A stretch of DNA of 64,000 bases from an uncultured Candidatus Bathyarchaeia archaeon (GTDB lineage: Archaea > Thermoproteota > Bathyarchaeia > 40CM-2-53-6 > RBG-13-38-9), in assembly GCA_964480955.1 (NCBI GenBank), contig CAYZRW010000005.1, forward strand, positions 26,279-90,278, read 5' to 3'. The position numbers were made by a program, and so were the translations under genes. Under the pieces are notes generated by a model. That model saw nothing but the letters and a program-made list of their open reading frames with translations. It did no database searches and was not told where the DNA came from. Positions 10,578-20,171 of this stretch are shown here, piece after piece. Each line of letters opens with the position of its first letter. Position 1 is the first letter of the stretch.

Positions 10578-11069
10578 GCTACTATAAAATCACTTTCCTT
10601 ACGAAGATTCGACAAACATGGCAAAGTGTTCCTAGGCGTAACAGTTGCGGTTATGTTTCTGGCAGCAGCTGGTTGGTCTGTATAGGTGAAACAAGTACGT
10701 GGGGATGTCTTCTGCTGGACAGGGGGATCAGTGGGGCCGCTTTGGGTGACGGTGTGAGGGGTCTCAAGAGAGTCAAATCCTACGTCAGATGGCTAGCATA
10801 CCGATGTTTACAGCAAATGGGGGACAGATGAGTTCTCCAAAGGGAAACATGAGTCACAAACAAGTGTGTTACTATCCCGTCTCGTTTCCCCCCAGCTCTC
10901 AATGAAATAACAATCGTCACTGAAAATATGTCGTAATTAGAGTGTCTATCATCATGATTGAACTCAGATTAGCTTGGCATATATCGAGGCTAGTTTCAAG
11001 GATAGATCGCTAGATATAGAAAGGCGTTAGCACGACAAGAGACTATAACTGTCTAAACAGATCTATTCT

Positions 11070-11717
11070 TTGGGAAAAACTGGTAGTGTGAAGTCGATGG
11101 TTGAAATCGAGAGTCTTGAGGGTAAAGGCACTCATCAAGACTTGGTGTTTGTAACTAGCAATCCAAACAAGTTCATGGAGGTTAGAAGGATCCTAGAAGA
11201 ATATGGCATTACGTTCGAACGTCTGGACCTGAGATATCCTGAGATCCAGTCAAAATCCCTGCGGCAGATAGCCTCAACCAGCGCCAACTATCTTTGCGAG
11301 AGATTGAAGCGTCCGCTCTTTGTCGAGGATTCAGGCCTCTTCATAGACGCCCTAAAAGGTTTCCCGGGACCATACTCATCATATGTACAGGCGACTATTG
11401 GAAATCTTGGTATCCTCAAACTCATGGAGGGAGTTCAACAGAGGGTTTCGAGATTTGAGTCTGTCGTCGCATACGTCGAATCTGTTCACGAAACTCATCT
11501 TTTCATGGGAGTTGCGGAAGGGAGTATCTCCACCGAGGCTAAGGGTGAGAAGTGGGGTTTTGACCCGATCTTCATCCCTCTCGGCTCAAATCAAACCTAT
11601 GCTGAGATGGGAATTGTGGCGAAGACAAGAATCTCCCATAGGCGCGCCGCATTCGGGAGATTTGCAGAATGGATTAGGGAGCGCGGCCAGGAGGACATCA
11701 TCACGCCCTCTGGCTGA
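11070..11717 (+). CDS. Non-canonical purine NTP pyrophosphatase (Ham1/RdgB/ITPase family)
   Basis: Ham1 motifs VFVTSNPNKF, FVEDSGLFIDALKGFPGPYS and FDPIFIP are present. Confidence 0.8.
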   Translation: MGKTGSVKSMVEIESLEGKGTHQDLVFVTSNPNKFMEVRRILEEYGITFERLDLRYPEIQSKSLRQIASTSANYLCERLKRPLFVEDSGLFIDALKGFPGPYSSYVQATIGNLGILKLMEGVQQRVSRFESVVAYVESVHETHLFMGVAEGSISTEAKGEKWGFDPIFIPLGSNQTYAEMGIVAKTRISHRRAAFGRFAEWIRERGQEDIITPSG

Positions 11718-12339
11718 AATATCTGCCTCGGTACTCAATCTCCCTAACCTTTCTTAAGACCCTAGAAGCGCTCTCTTTACCCACAGCCTCTTCATAGCCT
11801 ACGGCTATCGATCTCATAGTCTCGTGCGCACATCTGTAGTGTGTACTATCAAGAGCTCTCTTCATCAGGTGGAGATCAACACCCTTATCCTCATCATCCT
11901 GTGAGTGAAAACTCAGACCGAAGTCTATGAGAAAGATCTTGTCATCATCTACACGAATCATGTTCGAGGTTGTCAGGTCTCCATGGATCAAAGAGACATT
12001 GTGAAGTCGGCCTATCTCTCTTCCAATCTGCTGGCAAACTTTATCTCGCTCTTCGCTGCTCAGTTGGTCCAGGATCTCTTTGATCCTAGTTCCCTGTACA
12101 TACTCCATCACTAGGGTTGAGTTTTCCTTGTCTATAATGTATATGATAGGAGTTGGTACAGATGCCTTTCTTGCTTCATGCATATTCTCTGCTTCACGTA
12201 TGGTGCGCGAGACTCTCAGTTTGTAGTCAAGGCTTGGGTGCCTGTAGACCTTTGGAACCCTATTCTTGATTACGACTTTTCTTCCATACCAATCATCGAG
12301 ATAGAGATTTGCTTCAGCGCCCTTCTTGAACGGTGTCAT
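11701..12339 (-). CDS. bud32: KEOPS subunit Bud32 (Kae1-associated Ser/Thr kinase)
   Basis: 212-aa RIO-like minimal kinase (NVSLIHGDLTTSNMI, DFGLS). It is immediately downstream of kae1 with a 3-nt gap. Confidence 0.85.
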   Translation of the reverse strand: MTPFKKGAEANLYLDDWYGRKVVIKNRVPKVYRHPSLDYKLRVSRTIREAENMHEARKASVPTPIIYIIDKENSTLVMEYVQGTRIKEILDQLSSEERDKVCQQIGREIGRLHNVSLIHGDLTTSNMIRVDDDKIFLIDFGLSFHSQDDEDKGVDLHLMKRALDSTHYRCAHETMRSIAVGYEEAVGKESASRVLRKVREIEYRGRYFSQRA

Positions 12340-12342
12340 CTT

Positions 12343-13335
12343 CTAGGATCTCCAGGTAACATCCACTTGGTCAAGGCGCCACCTCGGTTTCACCAAGCTC
12401 TCCTCGACTTTGACTGTGACTCCACTCTGGAACGCTAGGATTCCGTTCCATGCGATTTGAGCACCCGAGTCCCCGCTGAATCTTCTATCTACGGCGAAGA
12501 ATCTCGCGTTGTGGTCTTCCGCAATCGATTCGAGCATGGATTGAAACCTCTTGTTCGCTGCTACTCCCCCCGTCAAGAGAAGCTCTTTCTTTTCTGTATG
12601 AGCGAGGGAACGCTCAGCTGCCTCAGCCATCATTGAGAACGCGACCTCTTGAAGAGAGAAACAGAGGTCGTATAGGCTTACTCCTTTCCTGTACTCACGT
12701 AATGCTGCCGACAACAAGCCAGAGTAGGCTACATCGTTTCCCTTTACCGTATAGGGTAGATCTATCAGCTCTTTCCCTTGTGCCCCCATCTTCTCAACCT
12801 CAGGCCCTCCAGGTGTGGCTAGTCCCACCTCTCTAGCAAACATATCAAAGAGATTACCGAGAGTGATGTCTTCAGTCTCACCGTAGATACGCCATCTTCT
12901 TTCGGCATAAGCGGCTATGGCTGTGTGGCCGCCTGAAACGAGGACTACTAAGGGATCTCTGGCACCGGTAGTTAGTGAGCCGATCTCGATGTGTGCAAGC
13001 GCATGGTTGACCAGGACGAGAGGCCTGCGAAGATACACTGACAGGGCCCTGGCAACAGTTGCGCCGACCCGCAGACATGGACCTAGGCCTGGTCCACATG
13101 AGAATGCGATGACGTCGATTTCTCTCGGTTTTGTACCGGCTTCCTTCAGCGCCCCCAAGATGACATTATGAGCTACACTATTGTGGTGTTGCGCAGCTTC
13201 ACTTGGATGGATTCCTCTTCCAGCCGCCGGCACATAGATATCCCTGACATCGGAGTGGATTACACCGTCGTTGGAGACAACACTGACCCCAAACGTATGA
13301 GCTGTAGATTCGATTCCGAGACAGAGTCTCCTCAT
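12343..13335 (-). CDS. kae1: tRNA N6-adenosine threonylcarbamoyltransferase Kae1
   Basis: 330-aa ASKHA fold (LGIESTAHTFGVSVV, LVSGGHT, HAEIG). Confidence 0.9.
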   Translation of the reverse strand: MRRLCLGIESTAHTFGVSVVSNDGVIHSDVRDIYVPAAGRGIHPSEAAQHHNSVAHNVILGALKEAGTKPREIDVIAFSCGPGLGPCLRVGATVARALSVYLRRPLVLVNHALAHIEIGSLTTGARDPLVVLVSGGHTAIAAYAERRWRIYGETEDITLGNLFDMFAREVGLATPGGPEVEKMGAQGKELIDLPYTVKGNDVAYSGLLSAALREYRKGVSLYDLCFSLQEVAFSMMAEAAERSLAHTEKKELLLTGGVAANKRFQSMLESIAEDHNARFFAVDRRFSGDSGAQIAWNGILAFQSGVTVKVEESLVKPRWRLDQVDVTWRS

Positions 13336-13455
13336 GTAGCCTCTCCTAGGTTACTATCTGAAAAGTTGAATAAATTCATTGTAACGTTTCTGGAAAGGTT
13401 AAAGTAAACGCTACCTTCAATATGGGTAACCACTCAGATTCTGGGGTGCAATGCA

Positions 13456-14691
13456 TTGGGGTCTCCACCAGTTCAACCTGAAGTCAACATCGGCACTCTC
13501 GGGCATGTTGACAACGGCAAGAGTACTTTGGTCCAGGCATTGACAGACATATGGACCGCAAGGCACTCAGAGGAACTCAGAAGGGGCATAACCATCAGGA
13601 TAGGGTATGCAGACGCATATTTCTACAAGTGTCCGTCACATAGAGGGGCAGCTGCGTTCTGCGCCAGAAAGAAATGTCCTGTCTGCGGTTCAGAGACGAA
13701 ATTCCTGAGGGCTGCGAGTTTCATTGATTGCCCAGGACACCACAGCCTGATGGTGACGATGCTCTCGGGAGCCGCTTTGATGGATGGAGCGCTTTTCGTA
13801 GTCGCCGCAGACGCAAAGTTCCCTCAAGCTCAGGATCGTGAACACCTACTGGCAGCTGAGATGACTGGAATCAAGAGACTGATAATCGTTCAGAACAAGA
13901 TAGACATAGTCGACCGAGAGCGGGCTATCGAGAACATGAAGGAGATTCAGAAGTTCGTGAAGGACAGACCTGCGGAGAAGGCGCCAATAGTACCCGTCTC
14001 GGCCCAGCATGGCGTAAACGTAGATCTGTTGATAGAGGCGATTGAGAGGGAGATCCCGACACCCAAGAGAAATCCTTCAACCTCACCCCAGATGTATGTC
14101 CTCAGGTCTTTTGACATAAATAAGCCAGGAACTAAAGCCGAACAATTACGCGGCGGTGTCCTAGGCGGATCAATCGTTCAGGGAGTTTTTCGCCTCGGTG
14201 AAGAGATTGAGATAAGGCCGGGCTTGAAGACTGAGAGCGGCGGCAAGACCTCTTACCAATCTATATTCACGAAGATCAAGAGTCTCCGTGTGAGCGGGGG
14301 AGAGGTTGAACAGGTAGGTTCTGGCGGCCTAGTCGGAATAGGTACCTCCCTCTGCCCCTCAGTGACAAAGGCCGATAGCCTAGTCGGCAGCATAGTTGGA
14401 AGGGAAGGCGGTCTTCCTCCCGTCCTTGACAAGGTGACTCTGGACGTCGAGCTATTCGAGAAGGCCGTAGGTACGGAGGAACTCGTTGCCGTTGAGAAGG
14501 TAAGGACGAACGAGCCTCTGGTTCTTAATGTCGCCACCGCCGTGACTTCTGGAGTTGTCACTTCAGCACGTGAAGACATAATCGACATATCTTTGAAGAG
14601 GCCGATTTGTGCAGATACGAACTTCAAGGCCGCCCTGAGCAGAAGGATAGGTGATAGCTGGCGTCTAATCGGCTACGGAACTTTCAAGTGA
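13456..14691 (+). CDS. eif2g: Translation initiation factor aIF2 gamma subunit
   Basis: GHVDNGKST P-loop, DCPGH, NKID and a zinc-ribbon insert (CPSHR...CPVCG). Confidence 0.9.
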   Translation: MGSPPVQPEVNIGTLGHVDNGKSTLVQALTDIWTARHSEELRRGITIRIGYADAYFYKCPSHRGAAAFCARKKCPVCGSETKFLRAASFIDCPGHHSLMVTMLSGAALMDGALFVVAADAKFPQAQDREHLLAAEMTGIKRLIIVQNKIDIVDRERAIENMKEIQKFVKDRPAEKAPIVPVSAQHGVNVDLLIEAIEREIPTPKRNPSTSPQMYVLRSFDINKPGTKAEQLRGGVLGGSIVQGVFRLGEEIEIRPGLKTESGGKTSYQSIFTKIKSLRVSGGEVEQVGSGGLVGIGTSLCPSVTKADSLVGSIVGREGGLPPVLDKVTLDVELFEKAVGTEELVAVEKVRTNEPLVLNVATAVTSGVVTSAREDIIDISLKRPICADTNFKAALSRRIGDSWRLIGYGTFK

Positions 14692-15107
14692 TCTGGTTGC
14701 CATACAGAGTAGTCTTGGACTCGAACTTTGTCTTCTTGCCCCTCACCCTCAGGCTCGACATCTTCTCAGAGATTGAGGAACTCCTGCCTGGACGAGTCAA
14801 GTTCATAGTACTAGAGCCTGTCAGGAAAGAGCTTGAGAGACTCGCAAGAAGCAACTCCGAACTCGGCAGGAAGGCATCATTTGCATTGAGGTTCCTGGAT
14901 AGATGTGAGGAGATTATGGTACGGCTGGGTCAGTCGGAGACCGTTGATGAAGTCATCGTCAGGCTTGCGGAAGGAAGCAAGGTAATAGTGGCAACTACGG
15001 ACATGGCTCTTAAGAAGAAACTAAGAGATATAAACGTGCCTGTAATCTATGTAAGGGGCCGTTCTCGGCTTGAACTTGATGGATACCCCATCGAAGATGG
15101 TGGTTGA
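14688..15107 (+). CDS. PIN-domain protein (conserved aIF2γ neighbour)
   Basis: 139 aa beginning VVLDSNFVFLPL (PIN motif I). It lies in the canonical aIF2γ-PIN-rpoE-spt4 arrangement. Confidence 0.7.
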   Translation: MIWLPYRVVLDSNFVFLPLTLRLDIFSEIEELLPGRVKFIVLEPVRKELERLARSNSELGRKASFALRFLDRCEEIMVRLGQSETVDEVIVRLAEGSKVIVATTDMALKKKLRDINVPVIYVRGRSRLELDGYPIEDGG

Positions 15108-15145
15108 ATCAGGCTGACATCGGCATCGAGGTTTGTGTTGGCTGA

Positions 15146-15736
15146 ATGTTCAAACTATTGACGATGGAAGACATTGTTAGAATCCCGCCCGACAAGTTTG
15201 GCGGCACAATAAAGAAGGTTGCCAAGGAGCAGGTGAGGCTCAAATATGAGAACCTGATTGACGAAGAATTGGGATACGTGGTTTACGTAGTCGATGTTGA
15301 CGTAGATCCCGTAGGGAGGATTCTTCCGGGCGACGGTTCAACCTATCACAAGGTCAAATTCCAACTTCTCATATTTTATCCTGAGCTGCACGAGATAGTT
15401 GAGGGTGAAGTGGTAGAGGTTACAGACTTCGGCGCCTTCGTCAGGATTGGGCCTGAGGATGCCCTAGTCCATGTCTCCCAAATAATCGACGACTTCATAA
15501 ATTATGATGAGAAACACGGGGTCCTGTCGGGGAAGGAGACCCGTCGCACCCTTGGAAAAGGAGACCAAGTGAGGGCCAGAATAATAGCTGTGGGTTTCCC
15601 CAAAGGAGGAGTTGGCGGCAAGATAGGTTTGACTATGCGCCAACCATTCCTCGGTAGACTCGACTGGATAGAAGAGGAGACTAGGAAGGAGAAAGAAGAG
15701 AAAAGGGATCGACTTGGTGAAGGAAAAAGCGTGTAA
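15146..15736 (+). CDS. rpoE: DNA-directed RNA polymerase subunit E (Rpo7)
   Basis: 196 aa with S1-like and OB-fold regions (GEVVEVTDFGAFVRIGPEDALVHVSQI). Confidence 0.85.
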   Translation: MFKLLTMEDIVRIPPDKFGGTIKKVAKEQVRLKYENLIDEELGYVVYVVDVDVDPVGRILPGDGSTYHKVKFQLLIFYPELHEIVEGEVVEVTDFGAFVRIGPEDALVHVSQIIDDFINYDEKHGVLSGKETRRTLGKGDQVRARIIAVGFPKGGVGGKIGLTMRQPFLGRLDWIEEETRKEKEEKRDRLGEGKSV

Positions 15737-15902
15737 GAGCTGCCATTTCATAAGCATGGGGAATATCTGTCCAAACTGCAAGTCTTCCAACCTAAGCGAA
15801 GATTGGACTGGCCTCGTGGTGATAGTGGATCTAGAAAAATCGGAAATCGCAAAAAAGCTGGGTGCAAAGAGTCCTGGAAAGTACGCTATCCGTGTACGGT
15901 GA
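15714..15902 (+). CDS. spt4: Transcription elongation factor Spt4 (RpoE'')
   Basis: 62 aa with a zinc ribbon (CKSCHFIS...CPNC) and the EDWTGLVVIVD motif. Confidence 0.8.
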   Translation: MVKEKACKSCHFISMGNICPNCKSSNLSEDWTGLVVIVDLEKSEIAKKLGAKSPGKYAIRVR

Positions 15903-15973
15903 AGCTGCAGCGATTCTTATTGAGTCTAATCTCCTTCAATAGTTAGAGGCTGGGTGACCTGGGCAAGCTTCTT

Positions 15974-16489
15974 TTGACACGCGAACTCAGAGCCTTACTC
16001 AAAATTCCTCTAGGCGATCTCTTGTCTGGCAGTGAAGAGGAGAATATGAGAAGACTGAAGAGAATAGTCGCCGAGGAGAAGCCTCCGAGGATTATCTGTG
16101 TGGGGGATATGGTTTGCAGAAACGCCGTGAAGGCTGAAGAAACCTCATGGATCAAGATTGTTGATGGCAGAGAGATGCGTAGAGATAAGGGGCTTTCTGG
16201 CTTCCACGGTAGTCGAGTCTTCCTCGCTGAGAACAAGCCAGGAACAATAAGTAGAATGGCTTGGGAGGCTGTTGCGGGAGCCGTCAAGCATGAGGGCTCC
16301 CTACTCATTGTGAGGGGTGAGGAAGACCTGCTTGTGCTTCCCGCTATTCTAGAGGCTCCGAAGAACTCTATTGTGGTTTACGGCCAGCCCCCTCGAGCCG
16401 GAATCGTTGTGGTCAAGGTTGACGAGGAGAAGAGGAGCCTAGCAAAGTCCGTTATAGACGCGATGGTTTGTGAGCAGGGTCAGGACTGA
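15974..16489 (+). CDS. DUF359 protein (GTP-dependent dephospho-CoA kinase family)
   Basis: 171 aa (RIICVGDMV..., LLIVRGEEDLLVLPAIL) in the conserved position after spt4. Confidence 0.65.
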   Translation: MTRELRALLKIPLGDLLSGSEEENMRRLKRIVAEEKPPRIICVGDMVCRNAVKAEETSWIKIVDGREMRRDKGLSGFHGSRVFLAENKPGTISRMAWEAVAGAVKHEGSLLIVRGEEDLLVLPAILEAPKNSIVVYGQPPRAGIVVVKVDEEKRSLAKSVIDAMVCEQGQD

Positions 16490-16692
16490 GTCTTGACGTA
16501 GTCTGTGTAACTGCAGGAGCCGCACGTCAATCGCTGTTTTGGGGTCTTATGGTACGCCATTATGTTGCCGCACCTTGGACACTTTCTGTTTCTCAGTTTG
16601 ATAGTCTTCTTATCGTAGCTGTACTCATAAAGGGCGCCTAGGCTGGGCCTCTTCTTTGGCTGGCTATCTTTGTTCTGGCTCAGTTCGGTCAC
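16480..16692 (-). CDS. rps27ae: 30S ribosomal protein S27ae
   Basis: 70 aa with a C4 zinc ribbon (CPRCG...CGSC). Confidence 0.85.
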   Translation of the reverse strand: MTELSQNKDSQPKKRPSLGALYEYSYDKKTIKLRNRKCPRCGNIMAYHKTPKQRLTCGSCSYTDYVKTQS

Positions 16693-16695
16693 CGC

Positions 16696-17085
16696 CTACT
16701 TCTTTTGTCTCTCAGCCTCTGGAGCCTTAGCTTTCTCTGGAACCTTCTCCTTCACGGCTTCTCGTTTTGGCGATTCTGGCTGTGTCTTCTTTGCCTGGCG
16801 TTCCTCAGGCGGTAAGTTCCTTCTGAGTATGTGTTTTGGAAGGGTCTCTTCAGCCAACTCCTTTGTTTCGTAGACCTCGACGTGGCAGAGCGACTTGTCT
16901 GCACCGGTCTTTCCTTCGACCTTGGTCAAGTACAGGTTCTCGATTCTCTCTTCTAGCTGTGACGCTAGGAACCTTCTTGCTGCCAGTCTCTCCGGTGTTC
17001 CACTTTCATCATGTGTTAGTTCGACGAGTATTTCCTTGCGTTTGAGGATGGGGTTGCGATTTTCCCTTATCACTTTGGCCTTCAT
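16696..17085 (-). CDS. rps24e: 30S ribosomal protein S24e
   Basis: 129 aa; the N-terminal region (NPILKRKEILVELTHD) is typical of S24e. There is a K/E-rich C-terminal tail. Confidence 0.85.
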   Translation of the reverse strand: MKAKVIRENRNPILKRKEILVELTHDESGTPERLAARRFLASQLEERIENLYLTKVEGKTGADKSLCHVEVYETKELAEETLPKHILRRNLPPEERQAKKTQPESPKREAVKEKVPEKAKAPEAERQKK

Positions 17086-17099
17086 CTATCTTTCACGCC

Positions 17100-17492
17100 C
17101 TAAGTTTCGCTTTTCTGAGTTTCCTGTTTCACACTCTTCACTTCTCTTTCCGGCTTCAGTACTGCTAGGTTTACTTGGTAGGTTTCATCAGTTATCATTC
17201 GTCCTCTGACAAGTTTCCTTTTTCTCTCACCGTGTTTGCCTCTGAATCCTATGCTCCGTGTCAGGACTAGGTGTTTCTTACCTCCACCTTGGACGTCGGG
17301 TCTGAGTGGTATTCCATCCTTATCACTTCCCCCTGTTATCTTGACCTTCTTTCCACTCAGCCCAATGAGGGATCCGTCTAGCGTATCCCCCAGCCCTCTT
17401 CCTAGAAACGGTTTTGCCTTGGTCCCTTCCAACTCCATGACTGAGGCCTTTCCGGTACCAGGCTCAGATACCACAAGCTTGAGTTTTGCCAA
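17100..17492 (-). CDS. rps6e: 30S ribosomal protein S6e
   Basis: 130 aa with the GGSDKDGIPLRPDVQGGGKKHLVL motif typical of eS6. Confidence 0.85.
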   Translation of the reverse strand: MAKLKLVVSEPGTGKASVMELEGTKAKPFLGRGLGDTLDGSLIGLSGKKVKITGGSDKDGIPLRPDVQGGGKKHLVLTRSIGFRGKHGERKRKLVRGRMITDETYQVNLAVLKPEREVKSVKQETQKSET

Positions 17493-17580
17493 GATGGTTC
17501 GGCTCGTTAGAGTATTCTACTAGGCTTGGTGACGAACATATTAACCTGTCGAGGCTTCGGTGATTGGTGGATTTGAGGCT

Positions 17581-19406
17581 CTAGATGTTCCAAAGTGGGT
17601 TCTCCTTTCTCATTATCTCTGTTAGTTCCTCTAGGACTCCCATTTCGTCAGGGCTTAAGTGCTCTCTGAGTCGTATGGAAAACTCTCTTGCTGATTGTTC
17701 TGGAACTGCCACATAGAGTATGTCTCCCTCGAAGACGCTCCTACCAATTACCGCCTTGTCTACTGAGACTGCGATCTGCATTCCAGCTCTCGCTTCATCA
17801 ATATCTGTTCCTTTGTCTTGGAGCCTCATAACGGTTCCAATCTTCTTTCCGCCCTTGTTTACTAGTGGATATTTCTGTCTTATCGTTCCAGCTAGGATCT
17901 CTACTCCAAATATCGCAGGTTTACTGTGTCTGAAGATGTATCCAGTGAGGACCCGCATCTTTCCAGGTCTGACGTGGCGGTCAAGCTCCGCCTTCACACT
18001 GGCGGCTTTCTCGGCCTCGACCCACCTCGAGTAGCCGTCTAGTAGATCATATATTACGTCAGCCCGCATTATCAGGATATTTCTCCTCTTAGCCTCCTCC
18101 TCTGCGTCAGGAAGTGTCTTGACATTAAATCCTAGGACTACGCCGAGCAACCGATCTTTTTCCCTGACTATGTCTGCCTCAATAACCTCACGTTTGGAGA
18201 TGTCGCCCACATCAGCAAATCTTATTGGTGTACCTGATTTGTTCAGAGAAGCTGTTATAGCCTCTAGAGCGCCAAGCGTATCGGTCTTGAGGACGACTCC
18301 GTTCTTGTCTGTTTTGATTCTCAATCTCTCAAATTCCTCCTCGACAGTCTTCGCATAGGCTTCAGGAGACTCGGCTTTTGGGACCGCGTATAGGGACGAA
18401 CCTGCTAGTGCTTTCTCTAGGTCTGGGGCCACAATCTTGATGCCTGAGGCTGCCCTTACGCTACGAACGCTCGAGAATCTGTCTCGTGGATCTCTTATCT
18501 CGTCTAGGGGTTTGGGTACTAGGATGGCTCTTACGGTGGTCACTATTGGGCCTTCTTTGCCACCTAAGGCTATCTGGTCACCTACGTTCAGGATACCGTC
18601 GTAGGTGATCGCGTTCACGGTGACGCCTAAACCGACCTCTTCTTTGACTTCTAGAATAGTCCCTTTTGCGGAGCCGGTTGTTGTCAATAGTTCTTCCTTC
18701 ATGTATGATTGCGTCAATCCAACCACTAGTGCGAGAAGTTCTGGGATTCCTTCGCCGGTCTTTGCGCTTGTTGGAACGATGGCAACGGTCTTGGTGAAGT
18801 CCTTAATCCTGTCAAACCTCTCGGCGTATAATCCAAATCTGGATAGTGAACCCACGACCGTGTAGATTCTGTTATCGACTTCTCTCTGGACTTCTGGCGG
18901 CTGCTGGAAGATTGAGCTACTTATGGATCTTGTGCCGGTTCTCCTCCATCCAGGCACTAGGTCTATCTTGTTGGCGGCGACGACGAAGGGTGTCTTTCGC
19001 GTCTTCAATATTCCTATGGACTCCTCGGTTTGAGGTTCGACGCCCTTGGTCAGGTCTATAACTAGTATCGCTATGTCTGCTGCGGATCCTCCTCGGCGGC
19101 GTAGGTTTGAGAAACTCTCGTGGCCGGGTGTGTCGATGAATAGTAAACCGGGGATGTTTATCTGGAACTTGAATTTCTCAAGGGCTTCTCCATAAGCCTC
19201 CTTGATGTTTTCTGCTGGAAGGAGACTTGCTCCGATCCACTGGGTTATTTGGCCAGGCTCCCTCTTCGCAACTGAGGTTCCTCTGATCTGGTCGAGGAGT
19301 GTTGTTTTACCGTGGTCTACCTAGCCCGTCGCGGCTACACCAGAATACTCTACGACGTATGGCCTAGGACCACGACAATCGGCTGACGTAGCGACAACGG
19401 TGGCAT
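17581..19406 (-). CDS. infB: Translation initiation factor aIF5B (IF2 homologue), interrupted by a 38-nt intron. Exon 1 is 19359..19406 and exon 2 is 17581..19320.
   Basis: Exon 1 encodes MPPLSLRQPIVVVLGH, 16 aa from an ATG at 19406. Exon 2 encodes VDHGKTTLLDQIRGT...DTPGHESF...NKID... through to the stop at 17581. Joined directly, the two give the canonical P-loop VVVLGHVDHGKTTLLD and a protein of about 595 aa. Read unspliced, the message hits an in-frame TAG within the intervening 38 nt. Confidence 0.85.
19321..19358 (-). other. 38-nt bulge-helix-bulge (BHB) intron in the infB pre-mRNA
   Basis: The RNA reads ...GGUC CUA GGCC AU|A CGUCG (21-nt loop) CGACG GGCU AG|G UAG ACC... It has a 5-bp inner helix (CGUCG/CGACG) and a 4-bp central helix (GGCC/GGCU, one G·U pair). 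Two 3-nt bulges (AUA and AGG) each carry a splice site between nt 2 and 3. A 3-bp outer helix (CUA/UAG) closes the motif. Excising the 38 nt (38 mod 3 = 2) restores the reading frame. Confidence 0.8.
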
Positions 19407-19488
19407 CTCCTGCAGTCCATTGAGTGTTGGCTACCTTAAGTACTATACTGCCGAGGCTTGAATTTTCGAGTTGTTACTGTAGGCCTAA

Positions 19489-19953
19489 CTATGGGGTGTG
19501 GAGCCCTAGGAGAAACTTTGCTTCGGTAGGCTTGATATAGTTCAGTATCTCATGAGGTTCGAAGAATATTCTGATCTCGCGTTCTGCATTGTTGACGCTG
19601 TCTGCCGCATGCACAATGTTCTGGGTTGTGTTTAACGCAAAATCGGCTCTGATGCTTCCTGGGTCGGCCTCTTGCGGGTCTGTAGCCCCTACCATTCTTC
19701 TGACTGAGCGTACCGCGTTGGGGCCCTCTACTACCATCACGACGATGGGAGTTGATGTGATTTGGTTGAGTAGCTTGGAGAAGAAATCCTTTGTCTTGTG
19801 CATTGAGTAGAGGTCTTCAGCTTGGGTCCTAGATATCTTCAGGAGTTTTATTGCAGCTATGTTTAGACCTTTTCTCTCGACCCTTGAGATAACCTCTCCA
19901 ATGAGTCCCCTCATAACTCCTTCAGGTTTGACGAGAACCAGGGTTCTCTCCAT
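19489..19953 (-). CDS. ndk: Nucleoside diphosphate kinase
   Basis: ERTLVLVKPEGV, NIVHAADS and the catalytic His region are present. The start is placed at the Met at 19953; the ORF track extends it to 20028. Confidence 0.85.
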   Translation of the reverse strand: MERTLVLVKPEGVMRGLIGEVISRVERKGLNIAAIKLLKISRTQAEDLYSMHKTKDFFSKLLNQITSTPIVVMVVEGPNAVRSVRRMVGATDPQEADPGSIRADFALNTTQNIVHAADSVNNAEREIRIFFEPHEILNYIKPTEAKFLLGLHTP

Positions 19954-19969
19954 TTGGGGAACTCCTATG

Positions 19970-20158
19970 TTACTTTTCCTTGTGCATGTGGTGATGGGTC
20001 CACTTGAGTTTCCTTGGGTCTCTGCCAAGCTTGAGTTGGCTCTTTCTACATTTAGTTGAGCAGAAGTAGAGTATTCCTCCGTCGTTTCTTATGTAGGCGA
20101 CTCCTGAAGCCGGGGGATACTCTCTTCCGCAGAAAGAGCACTTGAATGTTCGGGGCAC
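19970..20158 (-). CDS. rpl24e: 50S ribosomal protein L24e
   Basis: 62 aa (CSFCGREYPP...YFCSTKC). Confidence 0.85.
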   Translation of the reverse strand: MPRTFKCSFCGREYPPASGVAYIRNDGGILYFCSTKCRKSQLKLGRDPRKLKWTHHHMHKEK

Positions 20159-20171
20159 TTGGTATGCCTCT

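Noticed and set aside
10930-10960. Possible C/D-box sRNA (ATGATGA C-box on the minus strand)
   Set aside because: No convincing D, D' or C' boxes (CUGA / RUGAUGA) were found at the expected 12-nt and terminal spacings.
12339-12343. Kae1–Bud32 as a single fused gene, as in some archaea
   Set aside because: A stop codon and a separate start are present, with a 3-nt gap. The two are adjacent but unfused genes.
19321-19323. In-frame TAG stop within aIF5B, suggesting a pseudogene or sequencing error
   Set aside because: The stop lies inside a 38-nt insert whose precise removal restores the canonical GHVDHGKT P-loop, and the insert is flanked by a canonical BHB splicing motif. An intron is a far better explanation than a frameshift error or gene decay.
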